NCBI RefSeq assembly: GCF_000011465.1
Contig: NC_005072.1
Coordinates: 1,020,001-1,052,000 of the forward strand
Source of the DNA: Prochlorococcus marinus subsp. pastoris str. CCMP1986
Lineage (GTDB): Bacteria > Cyanobacteriota > Cyanobacteriia > PCC-6307 > Cyanobiaceae
DNA length: 32,000 nt
Reading direction: 5' to 3'
The notes under the pieces were generated by a model that saw only the letters and a list, made by a program, of their open reading frames with translations, did no database searches and was not told where the DNA came from. Shown here one piece after another: positions 8,988 through 19,380 of this stretch. Within the stretch, counting starts at the first letter, position 1; each line of letters opens with the position of its first letter. The position numbers were made by a program, and so were the translations under genes.

Positions 8988-9845
8988 ATGAGATTGCGAA
9001 GTGGCTTATTAATTGGATTGTTTGGGTTAGTTGTTGTTTTATTAGGCGGATGGTATTTCACAATAGCAATTGCATTACTTACCTACATTGCACTTCTCGA
9101 ATTTTTTAGAATGGCAGAATTCACAGGAATTAAACCAGCCACCAAAACTACCTTATTTTCTTGCTTCATAATTACAATTGCTACATATCTAGAAGTTATT
9201 GGATTCCTTGATAGAGAGATATACAATTCAATATTACCAATATGTTCAGTAGGAATATGCACGTGGTTATTGCTGCAGCCAAAGTCAGGCACCATTTCAG
9301 ATATTGCAGCATCAATTTTCGGATTATTTTATTTAGGTTTTTTACCTAGTTATTGGATTAAATTAAGAGCAATACAATCGACTATAAATAATTCTTCCAA
9401 TGGAATATTATCCTTTGAAAATATCTCAAATTCGACAGGTCTTTATTTAACATTAATTTCATGTTTATTAATTGTGGCAAGTGATATAGGTTCTTATTTT
9501 ATTGGAAAGTCATTTGGGGAAAGGGCTCTTTCCCCATTATCTCCAAGTAAAACTATCGAAGGTCTGATCGGAGGAATAATATGCTCAATTTCAGTAGCAA
9601 CCTTTTTTGCGTTTTTACTTAGTTGGCAGAATCCATTCTTAATTGGGATTTTATATGGAATATTAGTTTCTCTTATGGCATTAGTAGGAGATTTAATTGA
9701 ATCAATGATGAAAAGAGATGCGAAAATTAAAGATTCTGGAACTTTTTTACCTGGTCATGGTGGAATACTTGATAGAATTGATAGTTACATTTTTACCCCT
9801 TCAGTTATCTATTATATAATTATAATTTTGAGGTTTTTTAATTAA
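8988..9845 (+). CDS. cdsA: Phosphatidate cytidylyltransferase (CDP-diglyceride synthase)
   Basis: 285 aa and polytopic. Motifs: SDIGSYFIGKSFG, SPSKTIEG and the CdsA signature MMKRDAKIKDSGTFLPGHGGILDRIDS. Confidence 0.9.
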   Translation: MRLRSGLLIGLFGLVVVLLGGWYFTIAIALLTYIALLEFFRMAEFTGIKPATKTTLFSCFIITIATYLEVIGFLDREIYNSILPICSVGICTWLLLQPKSGTISDIAASIFGLFYLGFLPSYWIKLRAIQSTINNSSNGILSFENISNSTGLYLTLISCLLIVASDIGSYFIGKSFGERALSPLSPSKTIEGLIGGIICSISVATFFAFLLSWQNPFLIGILYGILVSLMALVGDLIESMMKRDAKIKDSGTFLPGHGGILDRIDSYIFTPSVIYYIIIILRFFN

Positions 9846-10009
9846 TTCCTAAGTATTAACTTTACAGATAAATCTATATTCACTAATTAATTTTTTTTTA
9901 TTAAGATTTGACAATTAATTTTTTTTAAAGATAGAAATATTTTGTTTATATATCCTTTAAATATCAAGTTTAAATTCCATTACAAATAAAATTATTAAAA
10001 ATACTTTTA

Positions 10010-10909
10010 CTAGGTACAAAAATAATCATAAATAATCTTGCTAGATAATGATGGCAAATCTACATGTGGAAGATGACCACAATTTTTCAACCCAATAAAA
10101 TTTAATTGATCTATTTGTTTTATTTTATTAATTTCTTTTTTACCGAGAATGCGATCATTCTCTCCACAAATAGTTTTAATTGAAATATTTTGCATGTATT
10201 TATATGTCCCAGCAAATCCACCACTTTTTGCAAAAGAAGCTAACGAATTTCTCCAACCGGAGCATCCTAAATGAATTGAGGCAATTTGTTCTTCCATTGA
10301 ACCAACACTTTTATCTGGATATGCAAAAGCTTGTCTACAAAGACCCTTTCTTACTTGAGATAATCCTAAAAAAGACGCCCCAATCTGGTTTAGTGGGAAG
10401 GGAATATTTTTGGATTCTCCAAACAAACCCGCTGGAGATAACAGAATCATCTTATCAATGAGCTCTGGGATTTCTTTCGACAAGTTTATCGCTACTGATC
10501 CTCCCATTGAAGCTCCTACAACCATTAATTTATTTTTTAATTTAAGGGTATTAATAATATCAAGAAGATTATAAATTATTTTACGAGGATTATATTGATT
10601 GGAAGCATTCCTCGGAGTAAATCCAAATCCTAATAAATCAGGAATTATTAATTGGAATTTTTTTTTTAAAAATGGATAAATCCTCCTAAATTCAAGAAAA
10701 CTACTATCAAATCCATGTAAGAAAAGGATTGGTTGACCAGTTCCTCCCATAACGACTGGAAATTCAGAAGAATTCCATTTTTCGTTAAGCTTTATCCAAT
10801 TAACGTCATTAGATATATTAAATCCTAATGGATCTTGAATAGAGTTTTTGACTTTTTCAAAATAATCAATATTCAACTTATTAAGATCATTATAAATATT
10901 CTTATTCAA
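10010..10909 (-). CDS. Alpha/beta-fold hydrolase
   Basis: 299 aa. Oxyanion region ILFLHGFDSS, nucleophile elbow GASMGG, and the distal GENDRIL and NCGHLPHVD, consistent with a Ser-Asp-His triad. TTG start at 10907-10909. It begins 5 nt after the stop of the upstream gene. Confidence 0.8.
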   Translation of the reverse strand: MNKNIYNDLNKLNIDYFEKVKNSIQDPLGFNISNDVNWIKLNEKWNSSEFPVVMGGTGQPILFLHGFDSSFLEFRRIYPFLKKKFQLIIPDLLGFGFTPRNASNQYNPRKIIYNLLDIINTLKLKNKLMVVGASMGGSVAINLSKEIPELIDKMILLSPAGLFGESKNIPFPLNQIGASFLGLSQVRKGLCRQAFAYPDKSVGSMEEQIASIHLGCSGWRNSLASFAKSGGFAGTYKYMQNISIKTICGENDRILGKKEINKIKQIDQLNFIGLKNCGHLPHVDLPSLSSKIIYDYFCT

Positions 10910-10914
10910 AGTAT

Positions 10915-12009
10915 TTATGCTATTTTAATTTTTTGTTTTTCAAATTCTGTAATAGTTTTTATTATATCTTGCTGATTGATTTCAAAAGGCAAAAAATGAA
11001 TCTCTGATTTATCCCTGCAGGTAAATTCAGCAATTTTTTGTAAATTATTATTTTCAAAAACATTTATTCCTAAGTCGGCAATAGTAGTTGGTAAATCTAA
11101 TTTTCTCATTAATTCCATTAACTGTTTAATAGATTGATTAGCTAATTTATTGTTATTTTTAGTTTCTTCTAATCTCAGTTGCAATAAGATTCCTACTCCA
11201 ACAATTTCACCATGTAAAGGCTTATGACTTGAAATTATCTGAGTAATAGCATTATGTATAGCATGAGCAGCTGCAGTTCTACATTTTTCTCCACCAATTC
11301 CACCAATCAATCCAGCAGTAAGTGAACATCCCTCTACAACATTACACCAAGCAACGTTATGGAATGACTGACTCTTATAAGCACTTTCTCCATTAATAAG
11401 TAATTGGTCTCTTAATACTCTTGATATTTGAATTGCTTGCTGAACGAGTCCATCTTCCACTTTTGAGCTAGTCAAAGAAGATTCGTACCATTTAGCTAAT
11501 GCATCAGCTATTCCACTAGCAAGTGTCCGCTTAGGGGCTGTTTTAATAAAACCGTGATCAAGTACTAATATTTCAGGACAAGATTTCAACTCAATATCCT
11601 TGATAAATTGTCCATCTTTTGAATAAATATTTGATAATGCAGTCCAACCTGCACAAGTAGATGCACTTAAAGGGATAGTAATAGCAGGAATCGATAGAAA
11701 GTCTGCTAAAAATTTTCCTGCGTCTAAAACTTTGCCTCCACCTATAGCAATAATTGAATCGCAATTATTTTTAAGTATGATTCTTTCTATTCTTTCAAGA
11801 TCTTCATAACAACAATCAAATTGTAAGTTTGATTTAATTATATGGAAATGATGATCTTGTAAGTCTTTATAAATTTGATGCCTTATTTCCTTCGTTGATA
11901 AACTTCTACCTAAAACCAAGGGACGCTTAGAAATTTTTTTTATTTGTGTCAGAGATTCTTCCCAAGCATTATTTCCCCTAAATATTTTTTCTGGAGATAT
12001 TAATTGCAT
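10915..12009 (-). CDS. Glycerol dehydrogenase-like, iron/zinc-containing alcohol dehydrogenase family
   Basis: 364 aa. Nucleotide-binding GGGKVLDAGKF, and metal ligands in GldA-like context: IADALAKWYE, AAAHAIHNAIT and LHGEIVGVG. Substrate is not assignable. Confidence 0.8.
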   Translation of the reverse strand: MQLISPEKIFRGNNAWEESLTQIKKISKRPLVLGRSLSTKEIRHQIYKDLQDHHFHIIKSNLQFDCCYEDLERIERIILKNNCDSIIAIGGGKVLDAGKFLADFLSIPAITIPLSASTCAGWTALSNIYSKDGQFIKDIELKSCPEILVLDHGFIKTAPKRTLASGIADALAKWYESSLTSSKVEDGLVQQAIQISRVLRDQLLINGESAYKSQSFHNVAWCNVVEGCSLTAGLIGGIGGEKCRTAAAHAIHNAITQIISSHKPLHGEIVGVGILLQLRLEETKNNNKLANQSIKQLMELMRKLDLPTTIADLGINVFENNNLQKIAEFTCRDKSEIHFLPFEINQQDIIKTITEFEKQKIKIA

Positions 12010-12023
12010 ATCAGAGAAGCTAT

Positions 12024-14552
12024 CTAGAAATTAGCCCCTGCCAATTCTTGAGAAGATTCTTCTGTAGAAATATTTACTATAACTTTCTTGTTCTCATCAA
12101 TATCAACTATAGCTTTGTCTCCATCTTTAATTCTTCCTGATAACACCTCTTCAGCTAAACTATCTTCTAATAAGCGCATGACTGCTCTTCTTAAAGGCCT
12201 TGCTCCGTAAGCTGGATTATATCCTTCCTCGACAAGCCTTTCTTTAAAAGCATCAGTAACATCTAGTTTTATACCCTTCTCGTTTAATCTAGAAAAAACT
12301 TCTTTTAACATTATTTCTGCAATATCTTTAACTTCATTTTTAGATAATTGTCTAAATACAATTATTTCATCGAGCCTATTTAAAAATTCTGGTCTAAAGT
12401 ATTGTTTTAATTCCTCATTTACCAAAGATTTTATCCTATTATATTGGCTATCTTCAACTGAATCTCCTGAAAATTCAAAGCCTAAACCTCCACCACCTTT
12501 TTCGATTACTTTAGAACCAATATTAGAAGTCATTATTAAAAGTGTATTTTTAAAATCGACCGTTCTACCTTTTGAGTCTGTCAATCTTCCATCTTCCAGT
12601 AATTGTAATAGTAAATTAAATACGTCTGGATGAGCTTTCTCAACTTCATCAAAGAGTACGACAGTGTATGGTCTTCTTCTTACTGCCTCTGTAAGTTGGC
12701 CTCCCTCATTAAATCCAACATACCCTGGAGGTGAACCAATTAATTTGCTAACAGTATGTCTTTCCATAAATTCAGACATATCTAATCTGATCATGGCTTC
12801 TTCACTACCAAAGAAATACGAAGCCAAGGATTTGGTTAATTCAGTTTTTCCAACCCCAGTAGGACCTGAAAAGATAAAACTTGCAATTGGCCTATTAGGA
12901 TTTTGTAAACCGACTCTAGCTCTTCTAATAGCTTTTGATACTGCTTTAACAGCCTCATCTTGACCTATTAACCTTTGATGCAAAGTCTCTTCCATATTAA
13001 GAAGTTTGACTGATTCGGTTTCTGTTAATTTCTGAACAGGAACTCCGGTCCAAGAAGCAACTATATGGGCTACATCTTCTTCACTTACAAGAGGATCATG
13101 AATAATAGTTGAGTTATTTTCCGTAGTTTCATTAGCATTACTTATTTCATTTTTTTCTGAACTTTCTTTTTTATTTTCCAATAACTCTTTTATTTTTGCA
13201 GATAATTCAATCTCTTTTTCTCTTAACACACCTGCCTGGTCAAAGTTCTGATCTCTTACTGATTCTTCTTTTTGTTTCTGGACTTGTCTTAATTCTTTAT
13301 CAATTTGTTTCGCTTCGGGAGGAAGTTTAGAATTAATCAACCTTACTCTACTACCAGCCTCATCTATAAGATCTATAGCTTTGTCTGGTAAAAATCTATC
13401 AGAAATGTAGCGATCACCTAAATGAGCTGCTGCTTCTAATGCATTATCTGTAATTTTTAAACGATGATGTTGCTCGTAACGTTCTCTTAAACCTTTTAAA
13501 ATTTCAATAGTATCAGCAATAGATGGCTCTCCAACCATTACAGGTTGGAATCTTCTTTCGAGAGCAGCATCTCTTTCAATATGCTTTCTATATTCATCAA
13601 GAGTTGTAGCACCTATACATTGGAGCTCACCTCTAGCTAATGCTGGTTTTAATATATTGGCAGCATCAATTGCTCCTTCAGCAGCTCCTGCACCTATTAA
13701 AGTATGAACTTCATCGATAACCAATATAACGTTACCTGCAGATTTAATTTCTTCCATTATTTTTTTTAGTCTTTCTTCAAATTCACCTCTATATTTTGTT
13801 CCTGCGACAAGGAGACCAATATCAAGAGTTAGAACTCTTTTATCCTCAAGTATATCTGGAATTTCTCCAAGTTGTATTCTTTGTGCTAAACCTTCAGCAA
13901 TAGCAGTTTTTCCTACTCCAGGTTCACCTATAAGAACAGGATTATTTTTAGTTCTTCTACCTAAAATTTGAATAACTCTATCAATTTCTGCATAGCGTCC
14001 AACAACTGGATCGAGTTTTGATTCGCTTGCTAGTTTTGTTAAATTTGTACCAAACTCGTCAAGAGTAGCTGTCTTTAAATTACCCTTATTTGAAGACCCA
14101 CCTGAACCAACCTCAGCAGTCTCTCCTAGCATTCTTATAACTTGAGTTCTGACTTTCGTTAAGTCAATTCCTAGATTTTCTAAAACTCTTGCTGCAACCC
14201 CTTCTCCTTCTCTTATTAAACCTAAAAGTAAATGTTCCGTACCTATATAATTGTGACCCAATTGGCGTGCTTCTTCAAGAGATAATTCTAAAACTCTTTT
14301 AGCTCTCGGTGTAAAAGGTATTTCAACTGCTACAAATCCTGAACCTCTTCCTATTATTTTCTCAACTTCTATTCTTGAATCTTTTAAATTTACACCTAGT
14401 GATTTGAGCACCTTTGCAGCTACACCTGTTCCTTCTCCAATTAAACCTAAAAGTATTTGTTCTGTTCCAACAAAATTATGCCCAAGCCTCCTAGCCTCTT
14501 CTTGAGCAAGCATAATGACTTTGATTGCTTTTTCTGTAAATCTTTCAAACAT
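12024..14552 (-). CDS. clpC: ATP-dependent Clp protease ATP-binding subunit ClpC
   Basis: 842 aa. Duplicated Clp_N repeats ([14 protein letters not shown] and [14 protein letters not shown]), Walker A motifs GEPGVGKT (D1) and GPTGVGKT (D2), a UVR-like linker, and GARPLRR near the C-terminus. Confidence 0.96.
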   Translation of the reverse strand: MFERFTEKAIKVIMLAQEEARRLGHNFVGTEQILLGLIGEGTGVAAKVLKSLGVNLKDSRIEVEKIIGRGSGFVAVEIPFTPRAKRVLELSLEEARQLGHNYIGTEHLLLGLIREGEGVAARVLENLGIDLTKVRTQVIRMLGETAEVGSGGSSNKGNLKTATLDEFGTNLTKLASESKLDPVVGRYAEIDRVIQILGRRTKNNPVLIGEPGVGKTAIAEGLAQRIQLGEIPDILEDKRVLTLDIGLLVAGTKYRGEFEERLKKIMEEIKSAGNVILVIDEVHTLIGAGAAEGAIDAANILKPALARGELQCIGATTLDEYRKHIERDAALERRFQPVMVGEPSIADTIEILKGLRERYEQHHRLKITDNALEAAAHLGDRYISDRFLPDKAIDLIDEAGSRVRLINSKLPPEAKQIDKELRQVQKQKEESVRDQNFDQAGVLREKEIELSAKIKELLENKKESSEKNEISNANETTENNSTIIHDPLVSEEDVAHIVASWTGVPVQKLTETESVKLLNMEETLHQRLIGQDEAVKAVSKAIRRARVGLQNPNRPIASFIFSGPTGVGKTELTKSLASYFFGSEEAMIRLDMSEFMERHTVSKLIGSPPGYVGFNEGGQLTEAVRRRPYTVVLFDEVEKAHPDVFNLLLQLLEDGRLTDSKGRTVDFKNTLLIMTSNIGSKVIEKGGGGLGFEFSGDSVEDSQYNRIKSLVNEELKQYFRPEFLNRLDEIIVFRQLSKNEVKDIAEIMLKEVFSRLNEKGIKLDVTDAFKERLVEEGYNPAYGARPLRRAVMRLLEDSLAEEVLSGRIKDGDKAIVDIDENKKVIVNISTEESSQELAGANF

Positions 14553-14568
14553 TACGGTGTTTAATTTC

Positions 14569-14597
14569 TTATTAATAACCTACCAGTATTAAGTCAA
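14569..14597 (-). promoter_or_regulatory. Candidate sigma70-type promoter for clpC
   Basis: The minus strand reads TTGACT (14597-14592), a 17-nt spacer, then TAATAA (14574-14569). This would leave a leader of roughly 10-15 nt before the ATG. The background is AT-rich, so a chance match is plausible. Confidence 0.3.
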
Positions 14598-14647
14598 TTT
14601 TGTGTTCAGAATGAGCTTTTGTGAATACCCAAAAGTATAAATTAATC

Positions 14648-14663
14648 AATATTAATTAATATT
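14648..14663. repeat. Perfect 16-bp palindrome AATATTAATTAATATT upstream of clpC
   Basis: Read directly and self-complementary across 14648-14663. It lies about 95 nt upstream of the clpC ATG and about 75 nt downstream of the rimI stop. Confidence 0.6.
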
Positions 14664-14737
14664 ATTGATGATATAGCAGCTTATTAAAGTAATTTCAGGG
14701 ATTCTGGTTATCCGCACAAAAGATTTTTAAATATTTA

Positions 14738-15172
14738 TTATGTGAATTTTTTTTCTTTCAAAACAGCATCAGCACCACTTTTATAATAGTTTTTTCTTCT
14801 TCCAACAGTTAAAAAATTAAATTTGCAATAAAAGATCTCAGCAATTGAATTAGTTTCCGAAACTTCCAACAGTAATTTTTTTATATTTAGTTTTTCACAA
14901 TCTTTTATCAAATAGGTCATTAGTTGACTTCCATAACCTTTTCGACGAAATTTTTGTTTTATTGAAAAATAACTTATTTGAGCTTCATCAATTATTGTTT
15001 GAACTACATAAATTCCAATTATTTTCTTTTTTAATAATATTGCGACTACTTTGGTACCACTTTTATTAAACTCACTTTGCCATTGTTTTTTAGTCCATAA
15101 ACAAATTGTAGCTGAATCTAATTTGTAACATAATTCAAAATCTTTTTGATCAATTTCTTTAATTGAGATCAT
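14738..15172 (-). CDS. rimI: GNAT-family N-acetyltransferase, RimI-like
   Basis: 144 aa. Acetyl-CoA motif A FRRKGYGSQLMTYL (R-x-x-G-x-G/S), and LLLEVSETNSIAEIFYCKFNF typical of the GNAT beta4-alpha3-beta5 region. Size and context fit RimI, but substrate is not provable from sequence. Confidence 0.7.
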   Translation of the reverse strand: MISIKEIDQKDFELCYKLDSATICLWTKKQWQSEFNKSGTKVVAILLKKKIIGIYVVQTIIDEAQISYFSIKQKFRRKGYGSQLMTYLIKDCEKLNIKKLLLEVSETNSIAEIFYCKFNFLTVGRRKNYYKSGADAVLKEKKFT

Positions 15173-15188
15173 CGAAGTAAATATTTTC

Positions 15189-15208
15189 TCTCAAAAAATT
15201 TTTTGAGA
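15189..15208. repeat. Perfect 20-bp palindrome TCTCAAAAAATTTTTTGAGA in the rimI/lysA divergent intergenic region
   Basis: Read directly. It lies 17 nt upstream of the rimI ATG (15172) and 58 nt upstream of the lysA ATG (15266). Confidence 0.65.
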
Positions 15209-15265
15209 TTTATTTTATTATAAATGTTCTGAAAGTTGTAGAATAAACTTACGAAAGAGTTTCCC

Positions 15266-16639
15266 ATGAATGTAAAAACATCATTCTTAAAAAATAAAAT
15301 TAATGAAGATAGTCCCAATAAAAACATAGTTCCTGTCACAACGACCATTAATAGTGAACATAAGTTATTTATTGGGGAATGTTCTTTGGAAGATTTAGTA
15401 AGTAAATACGATTCACCCCTTTATGTTTTGGATGAGATTACCTTAAGAAATTCCTGTAAAGCATATAAAAAAGCACTAGAAAAATATTATCCAGGACCAT
15501 CACTACCGATATATGCATCCAAGGCAAATAGTTCAATATTTATGAGTAATTTAATTGCATCAGAGGGTTTTGGGCTCGATGCAGTTTCAGAAGGAGAATT
15601 ATTGACAGCTCTAAAAGGTGGAGTTCCTAATGAAAAAATTGTTTTTCATGGAAATAATAAATCTGATAAGGAAATTGAATTTGCGATAAAAAATAATATC
15701 AAAGTTATTGTGGATAACGACCATGATTTAAAAAGACTTGAAGAGATATCTAATTCCTTCAATCACGACATAGAAATAATGGTTAGATTTACACCTGGAA
15801 TAGAATGCCATACACATGAATACATCAGAACAGGTTCTTTTGATAGTAAATTTGGATTTGGAATCGAATCACTTGGTAGGCTATTCGAAGTTATAAGTAA
15901 AACTAAACACATTAAATTAACAGGATTACATGCTCATATTGGTTCTCAGATTTTTGAACTAGATCCTCATAATGACCTTGGAAAAATAATGGTAGATGTC
16001 ATTTTACAAGCTAAAGATTTTGGTCACAACATAAAAGAACTTAATGTAGGTGGTGGTCTAGGAATTAAATATACTGAGGAGGATGATCCTCCTTCTATTG
16101 ATGAGTGGATTAAAACAGTATCATTATCTGTTGTAAAAGCTTGTGATAAAAATAATTTAAACTTACCAATTCTTATGTGTGAGCCGGGTAGGTCTATAGT
16201 TTCAACAGCAGGAGTAACTATATACAAAATTGGCTCATTTAAAGAAATCCCTGGGATAAGGACATACTTATCAGTGGATGGCGGTATGAGTGATAATCCC
16301 AGACCAATTACATATCAATCAAAGTATTCAGCTTGTTTGGTAAATAACCCTTTAAATAGTAATTCCAAAAATAAATATACAGTTGCAGGAAAACATTGTG
16401 AATCTGGAGATGTATTATTTAAAGAACTTGAACTTGGTGATTGCAAAACAGGAGACTTGATATGTGTTTTTGGCACTGGTGCATATAATAATTCTATGAG
16501 TTCAAACTATAATAGAATTCCCAAGCCTGCTGCTATTTTAGTTTGTAATGGAGAAGCAGAGATTATTCAGAAAAGAGAAAGTCCACATGATCTTCTAAAA
16601 TATGATGTCCTTCCTGATCGCTTTATCAAACAAAGTTAG
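15266..16639 (+). CDS. lysA: Diaminopimelate decarboxylase
   Basis: 457 aa. PLP-lysine motif IYASKANS, then HAHIGSQI, NVGGGLGI, EPGRSIV and the substrate-loop CESGD. Confidence 0.95.
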   Translation: MNVKTSFLKNKINEDSPNKNIVPVTTTINSEHKLFIGECSLEDLVSKYDSPLYVLDEITLRNSCKAYKKALEKYYPGPSLPIYASKANSSIFMSNLIASEGFGLDAVSEGELLTALKGGVPNEKIVFHGNNKSDKEIEFAIKNNIKVIVDNDHDLKRLEEISNSFNHDIEIMVRFTPGIECHTHEYIRTGSFDSKFGFGIESLGRLFEVISKTKHIKLTGLHAHIGSQIFELDPHNDLGKIMVDVILQAKDFGHNIKELNVGGGLGIKYTEEDDPPSIDEWIKTVSLSVVKACDKNNLNLPILMCEPGRSIVSTAGVTIYKIGSFKEIPGIRTYLSVDGGMSDNPRPITYQSKYSACLVNNPLNSNSKNKYTVAGKHCESGDVLFKELELGDCKTGDLICVFGTGAYNNSMSSNYNRIPKPAAILVCNGEAEIIQKRESPHDLLKYDVLPDRFIKQS

Positions 16640-16667
16640 GTACATTTAATATAATTTAAATTTCGAT

Positions 16668-17558
16668 GTGAATTTTTGGGGGTTTATAAACTTAAAATTT
16701 TTACTAGATGTACTATTTGCTCTAGGATTTGGTCTTTTATTATTTTCAAGAGTCAAAGAACAGCGAACGCTGTGGTTACTAAGAGGGTATTTATTATTAG
16801 TTTCTTTTGCTTGGTTTATTCAAAGATATGCTTATCTTCCTCTAACTTCAAAATTAATTGATGCAGTAGTACTTGCTTGCTCTCTATCTTTAGCAATCCT
16901 ATGGCAGGGTGAACTTCGACGATTAATGGAATTACTTGGGACTGGAAGGCTAGCTGTATTACTAGGCAACCCACCTAAAGAATTCAGAGCAACATCTACG
17001 ACAGTAAACCAATTAGTTGATGCCGCAGGAAAACTATCACAAAATAGAAAAGGAGCTTTGATAGTTGTAGATTTAGGAAGCGATTTAAGACCAGAAGATT
17101 TTTTATATTCAGGTATAAAGATTGAAGCAAAATTGTCTACAGATCTTTTAATAAATTTGTTTGCAACAGATACCCCCTTACATGATGGAGCAGTCTTAGT
17201 TAAAGGTAATAAAATAATTTCAGCGGGAGTAATATTACCTCTTTCAAGGCAAGGTATTAGTAGATACGGAACAAGACATCTTGCCGCGTTGGGCATTACA
17301 GAAAGGTTTGATAGATGTATTTGTATTGTTGTCTCTGAAGAAACAGGCACTTTATCATTAGCTAATCAAGGAAAACTCGAGAGACCTATTACGAGCAGCA
17401 GATTACAAGAACTTCTCATAAAGTTAGTAGGAAATCAAAATACATCGGGTACTCCAAAATCATCTTCGAACAAAACCAATTCGTACCAAAAAACAAATAC
17501 TAATGATACTATTACAGTTGAAAAGAAGTTAGACAAACAAAATACTATTCAAGATTAG
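16668..17558 (+). CDS. cdaA: Membrane-bound diadenylate cyclase CdaA (DisA_N/DAC domain)
   Basis: 296 aa. Three N-terminal TM helices, then DAC motifs GALIVV, LHDGAVLV and GTRHLAALGITE (the RHR-type motif), then IVVSEETG. GTG start at 16668. The C-terminal ~45 aa is a low-complexity S/T/N/K-rich tail. Confidence 0.85.
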   Translation: MNFWGFINLKFLLDVLFALGFGLLLFSRVKEQRTLWLLRGYLLLVSFAWFIQRYAYLPLTSKLIDAVVLACSLSLAILWQGELRRLMELLGTGRLAVLLGNPPKEFRATSTTVNQLVDAAGKLSQNRKGALIVVDLGSDLRPEDFLYSGIKIEAKLSTDLLINLFATDTPLHDGAVLVKGNKIISAGVILPLSRQGISRYGTRHLAALGITERFDRCICIVVSEETGTLSLANQGKLERPITSSRLQELLIKLVGNQNTSGTPKSSSNKTNSYQKTNTNDTITVEKKLDKQNTIQD

Positions 17559-17561
17559 TTT

Positions 17562-18380
17562 ATGAGATTGAATAACTTACAATTAAAAAATAATCTTAAT
17601 TTATCGAATAAATTAGATAAGGAGAGAATTCCAGAACACATTGCAATAATTATGGATGGCAATGGGAGATGGGCTACAAAAAAAGGGTTACCTAGATCAT
17701 TTGGGCATAATAAGGGTGTTAGTGTTCTTAAGGAAATTATTAAGGCATCTAAGAACATAGATTGTAAAGTTCTTACTGTTTATGCCTTTTCAACTGAGAA
17801 TTGGATTAGACCCTCTAATGAGGTTGATTTTCTTATAAATCTGTTTGAAAAAGTTTTGAAAAAAGAAATTTCTGAGATACATCAAGAATCAATAAAAATT
17901 AAGTTTATTGGAGATTTATCACCTCTTCCTAATTCATTAAAATTACTGATAAAGAGTTCAGAAGCTCTTACTAATAACAATAAAAAATTTACATTGAATA
18001 TTTGTGTAAATTATGGAGGTAGGCAAGAAATAGTAAAAGCTGCTAAAGAAATAGCCATCAAATCTTCCTCAGGTAAAATAAAACCCAGTGACATCGATGA
18101 ACAATTATTTAATTCAGAACTACTAACTAAGGGGAGCATGGATCCTGAACTACTAATACGAACAAGTGGTGAAAAAAGGATTAGTAATTTTCTTTTATGG
18201 CAATTAGCTTATTCTGAAATTTATGTTACTGATGTATTATGGCCAGATTTTACTGAGAGTGAATTTTTAAAAGCAATAATAGATTATCAATCGAGGAATA
18301 GGCGTTTTGGAGGTATAGAATCATTATCAAATGAATCTTTTGAAGATTCTTGCTATTCTTCCCTAAGTAAAAATGATTAA
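17562..18380 (+). CDS. uppS: Undecaprenyl (di-trans,poly-cis-decaprenyl) diphosphate synthase
   Basis: 272 aa. Motifs: [27 protein letters not shown] and [20 protein letters not shown]. Confidence 0.93.
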   Translation: MRLNNLQLKNNLNLSNKLDKERIPEHIAIIMDGNGRWATKKGLPRSFGHNKGVSVLKEIIKASKNIDCKVLTVYAFSTENWIRPSNEVDFLINLFEKVLKKEISEIHQESIKIKFIGDLSPLPNSLKLLIKSSEALTNNNKKFTLNICVNYGGRQEIVKAAKEIAIKSSSGKIKPSDIDEQLFNSELLTKGSMDPELLIRTSGEKRISNFLLWQLAYSEIYVTDVLWPDFTESEFLKAIIDYQSRNRRFGGIESLSNESFEDSCYSSLSKND

Positions 18381-19380
18381 TTCTGATAATCAAAAATTTA
18401 GCGAAATAAGATTTGATTGGGAAAGAGACGAGATTTTGGAAATTTTAAATTACCCATTAATAGATTTAATGTGGGAAGCTCAAATTATTCATAGAAGATT
18501 TAATCAATATAAAGTCCAACTAGCTTCTCTTTTCAGTGTAAAAACTGGCGGGTGTGAAGAGAACTGTTCTTACTGTAGCCAATCAATTTATAGCTCTAGT
18601 CAAATTAAGAGTCACCCTCAATTTGAAGTTGAAGCTGTTTTAAATAGAGCTAAAACAGCAAAAAAAGAAGGTGCTGATAGATTTTGTATGGGTTGGGCTT
18701 GGAGAGAAATTAGAGATGGCAAACCTTTCAACTCAATGATAGAAATGGTCAAAGGTGTAAAAGAACTTGGAATGGAGGCATGTGTAACTGCAGGGATGCT
18801 CACAGATGAGCAGGCCTTGAAACTTGCCGATGCCGGGCTAACCGCATACAACCATAATCTCGATACAAGTCCTGAATACTATAAAAATATTATTACGACA
18901 AGAACTTATCAGGATAGATTAGAAACTATTAAAAGAGTAAGAAATGCAGGTATAAATGTATGTTGTGGAGGAATTATAGGTTTAGGAGAAGATAATGGAG
19001 ATAGAGCATCTCTTTTAGAAGTCCTCTCAAACATGAATCCTCACCCTGAAAGTGTCCCAATCAATTCTCTGGTAGCCATAGAAGGAACAGGTTTGGAGGG
19101 GGGAAAAGAAATTGATTCTATTGAGATGATAAGAATGATCGCTACTGCTCGAATTCTTATGCCAAAAAGCAAAATAAGATTAAGTGCTGGAAGGGAGAAC
19201 TTAACTAAAGAAGCTCAGATTCTTTGTTTTCAATGCGGAGCAAACTCTATTTTTTATGGAGATGAATTATTGACAACCTCAAATCCATCTTTTCAAGATG
19301 ATAGAAAACTACTTAAGGATGTAGGAGTTTTATTTAATAAAGACTTTGAATATTGTGATAAAACTGTTTCTACAGTATGA
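18373..19380 (+). CDS. bioB: Biotin synthase
   Basis: 335 aa. Radical-SAM cluster [11 protein letters not shown], then YNHNLDTS and [10 protein letters not shown]. The start overlaps the uppS stop by 8 nt. Confidence 0.95.
   Translation: MINSDNQKFSEIRFDWERDEILEILNYPLIDLMWEAQIIHRRFNQYKVQLASLFSVKTGGCEENCSYCSQSIYSSSQIKSHPQFEVEAVLNRAKTAKKEGADRFCMGWAWREIRDGKPFNSMIEMVKGVKELGMEACVTAGMLTDEQALKLADAGLTAYNHNLDTSPEYYKNIITTRTYQDRLETIKRVRNAGINVCCGGIIGLGEDNGDRASLLEVLSNMNPHPESVPINSLVAIEGTGLEGGKEIDSIEMIRMIATARILMPKSKIRLSAGRENLTKEAQILCFQCGANSIFYGDELLTTSNPSFQDDRKLLKDVGVLFNKDFEYCDKTVSTV

Noticed and set aside
16832-17350. A 172-aa ORF antisense to cdaA, long for such an AT-rich sequence. Similar shadow ORFs are 12664-12963 (antisense to clpC), 2859-3253 (several ORFs inside prs, on both strands), 208-417 and 1015-1218 (same strand as sasA, out of frame), and 27182-27394 and 28313-28636 (antisense to recD).
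   Set aside because: All lie entirely inside strongly supported genes with clear family motifs. Their translations have no recognisable motifs and show skewed shadow-frame composition. The long antisense frame in cdaA is explained by the local scarcity of Tyr/His/Gln codons after T/C-ending codons.
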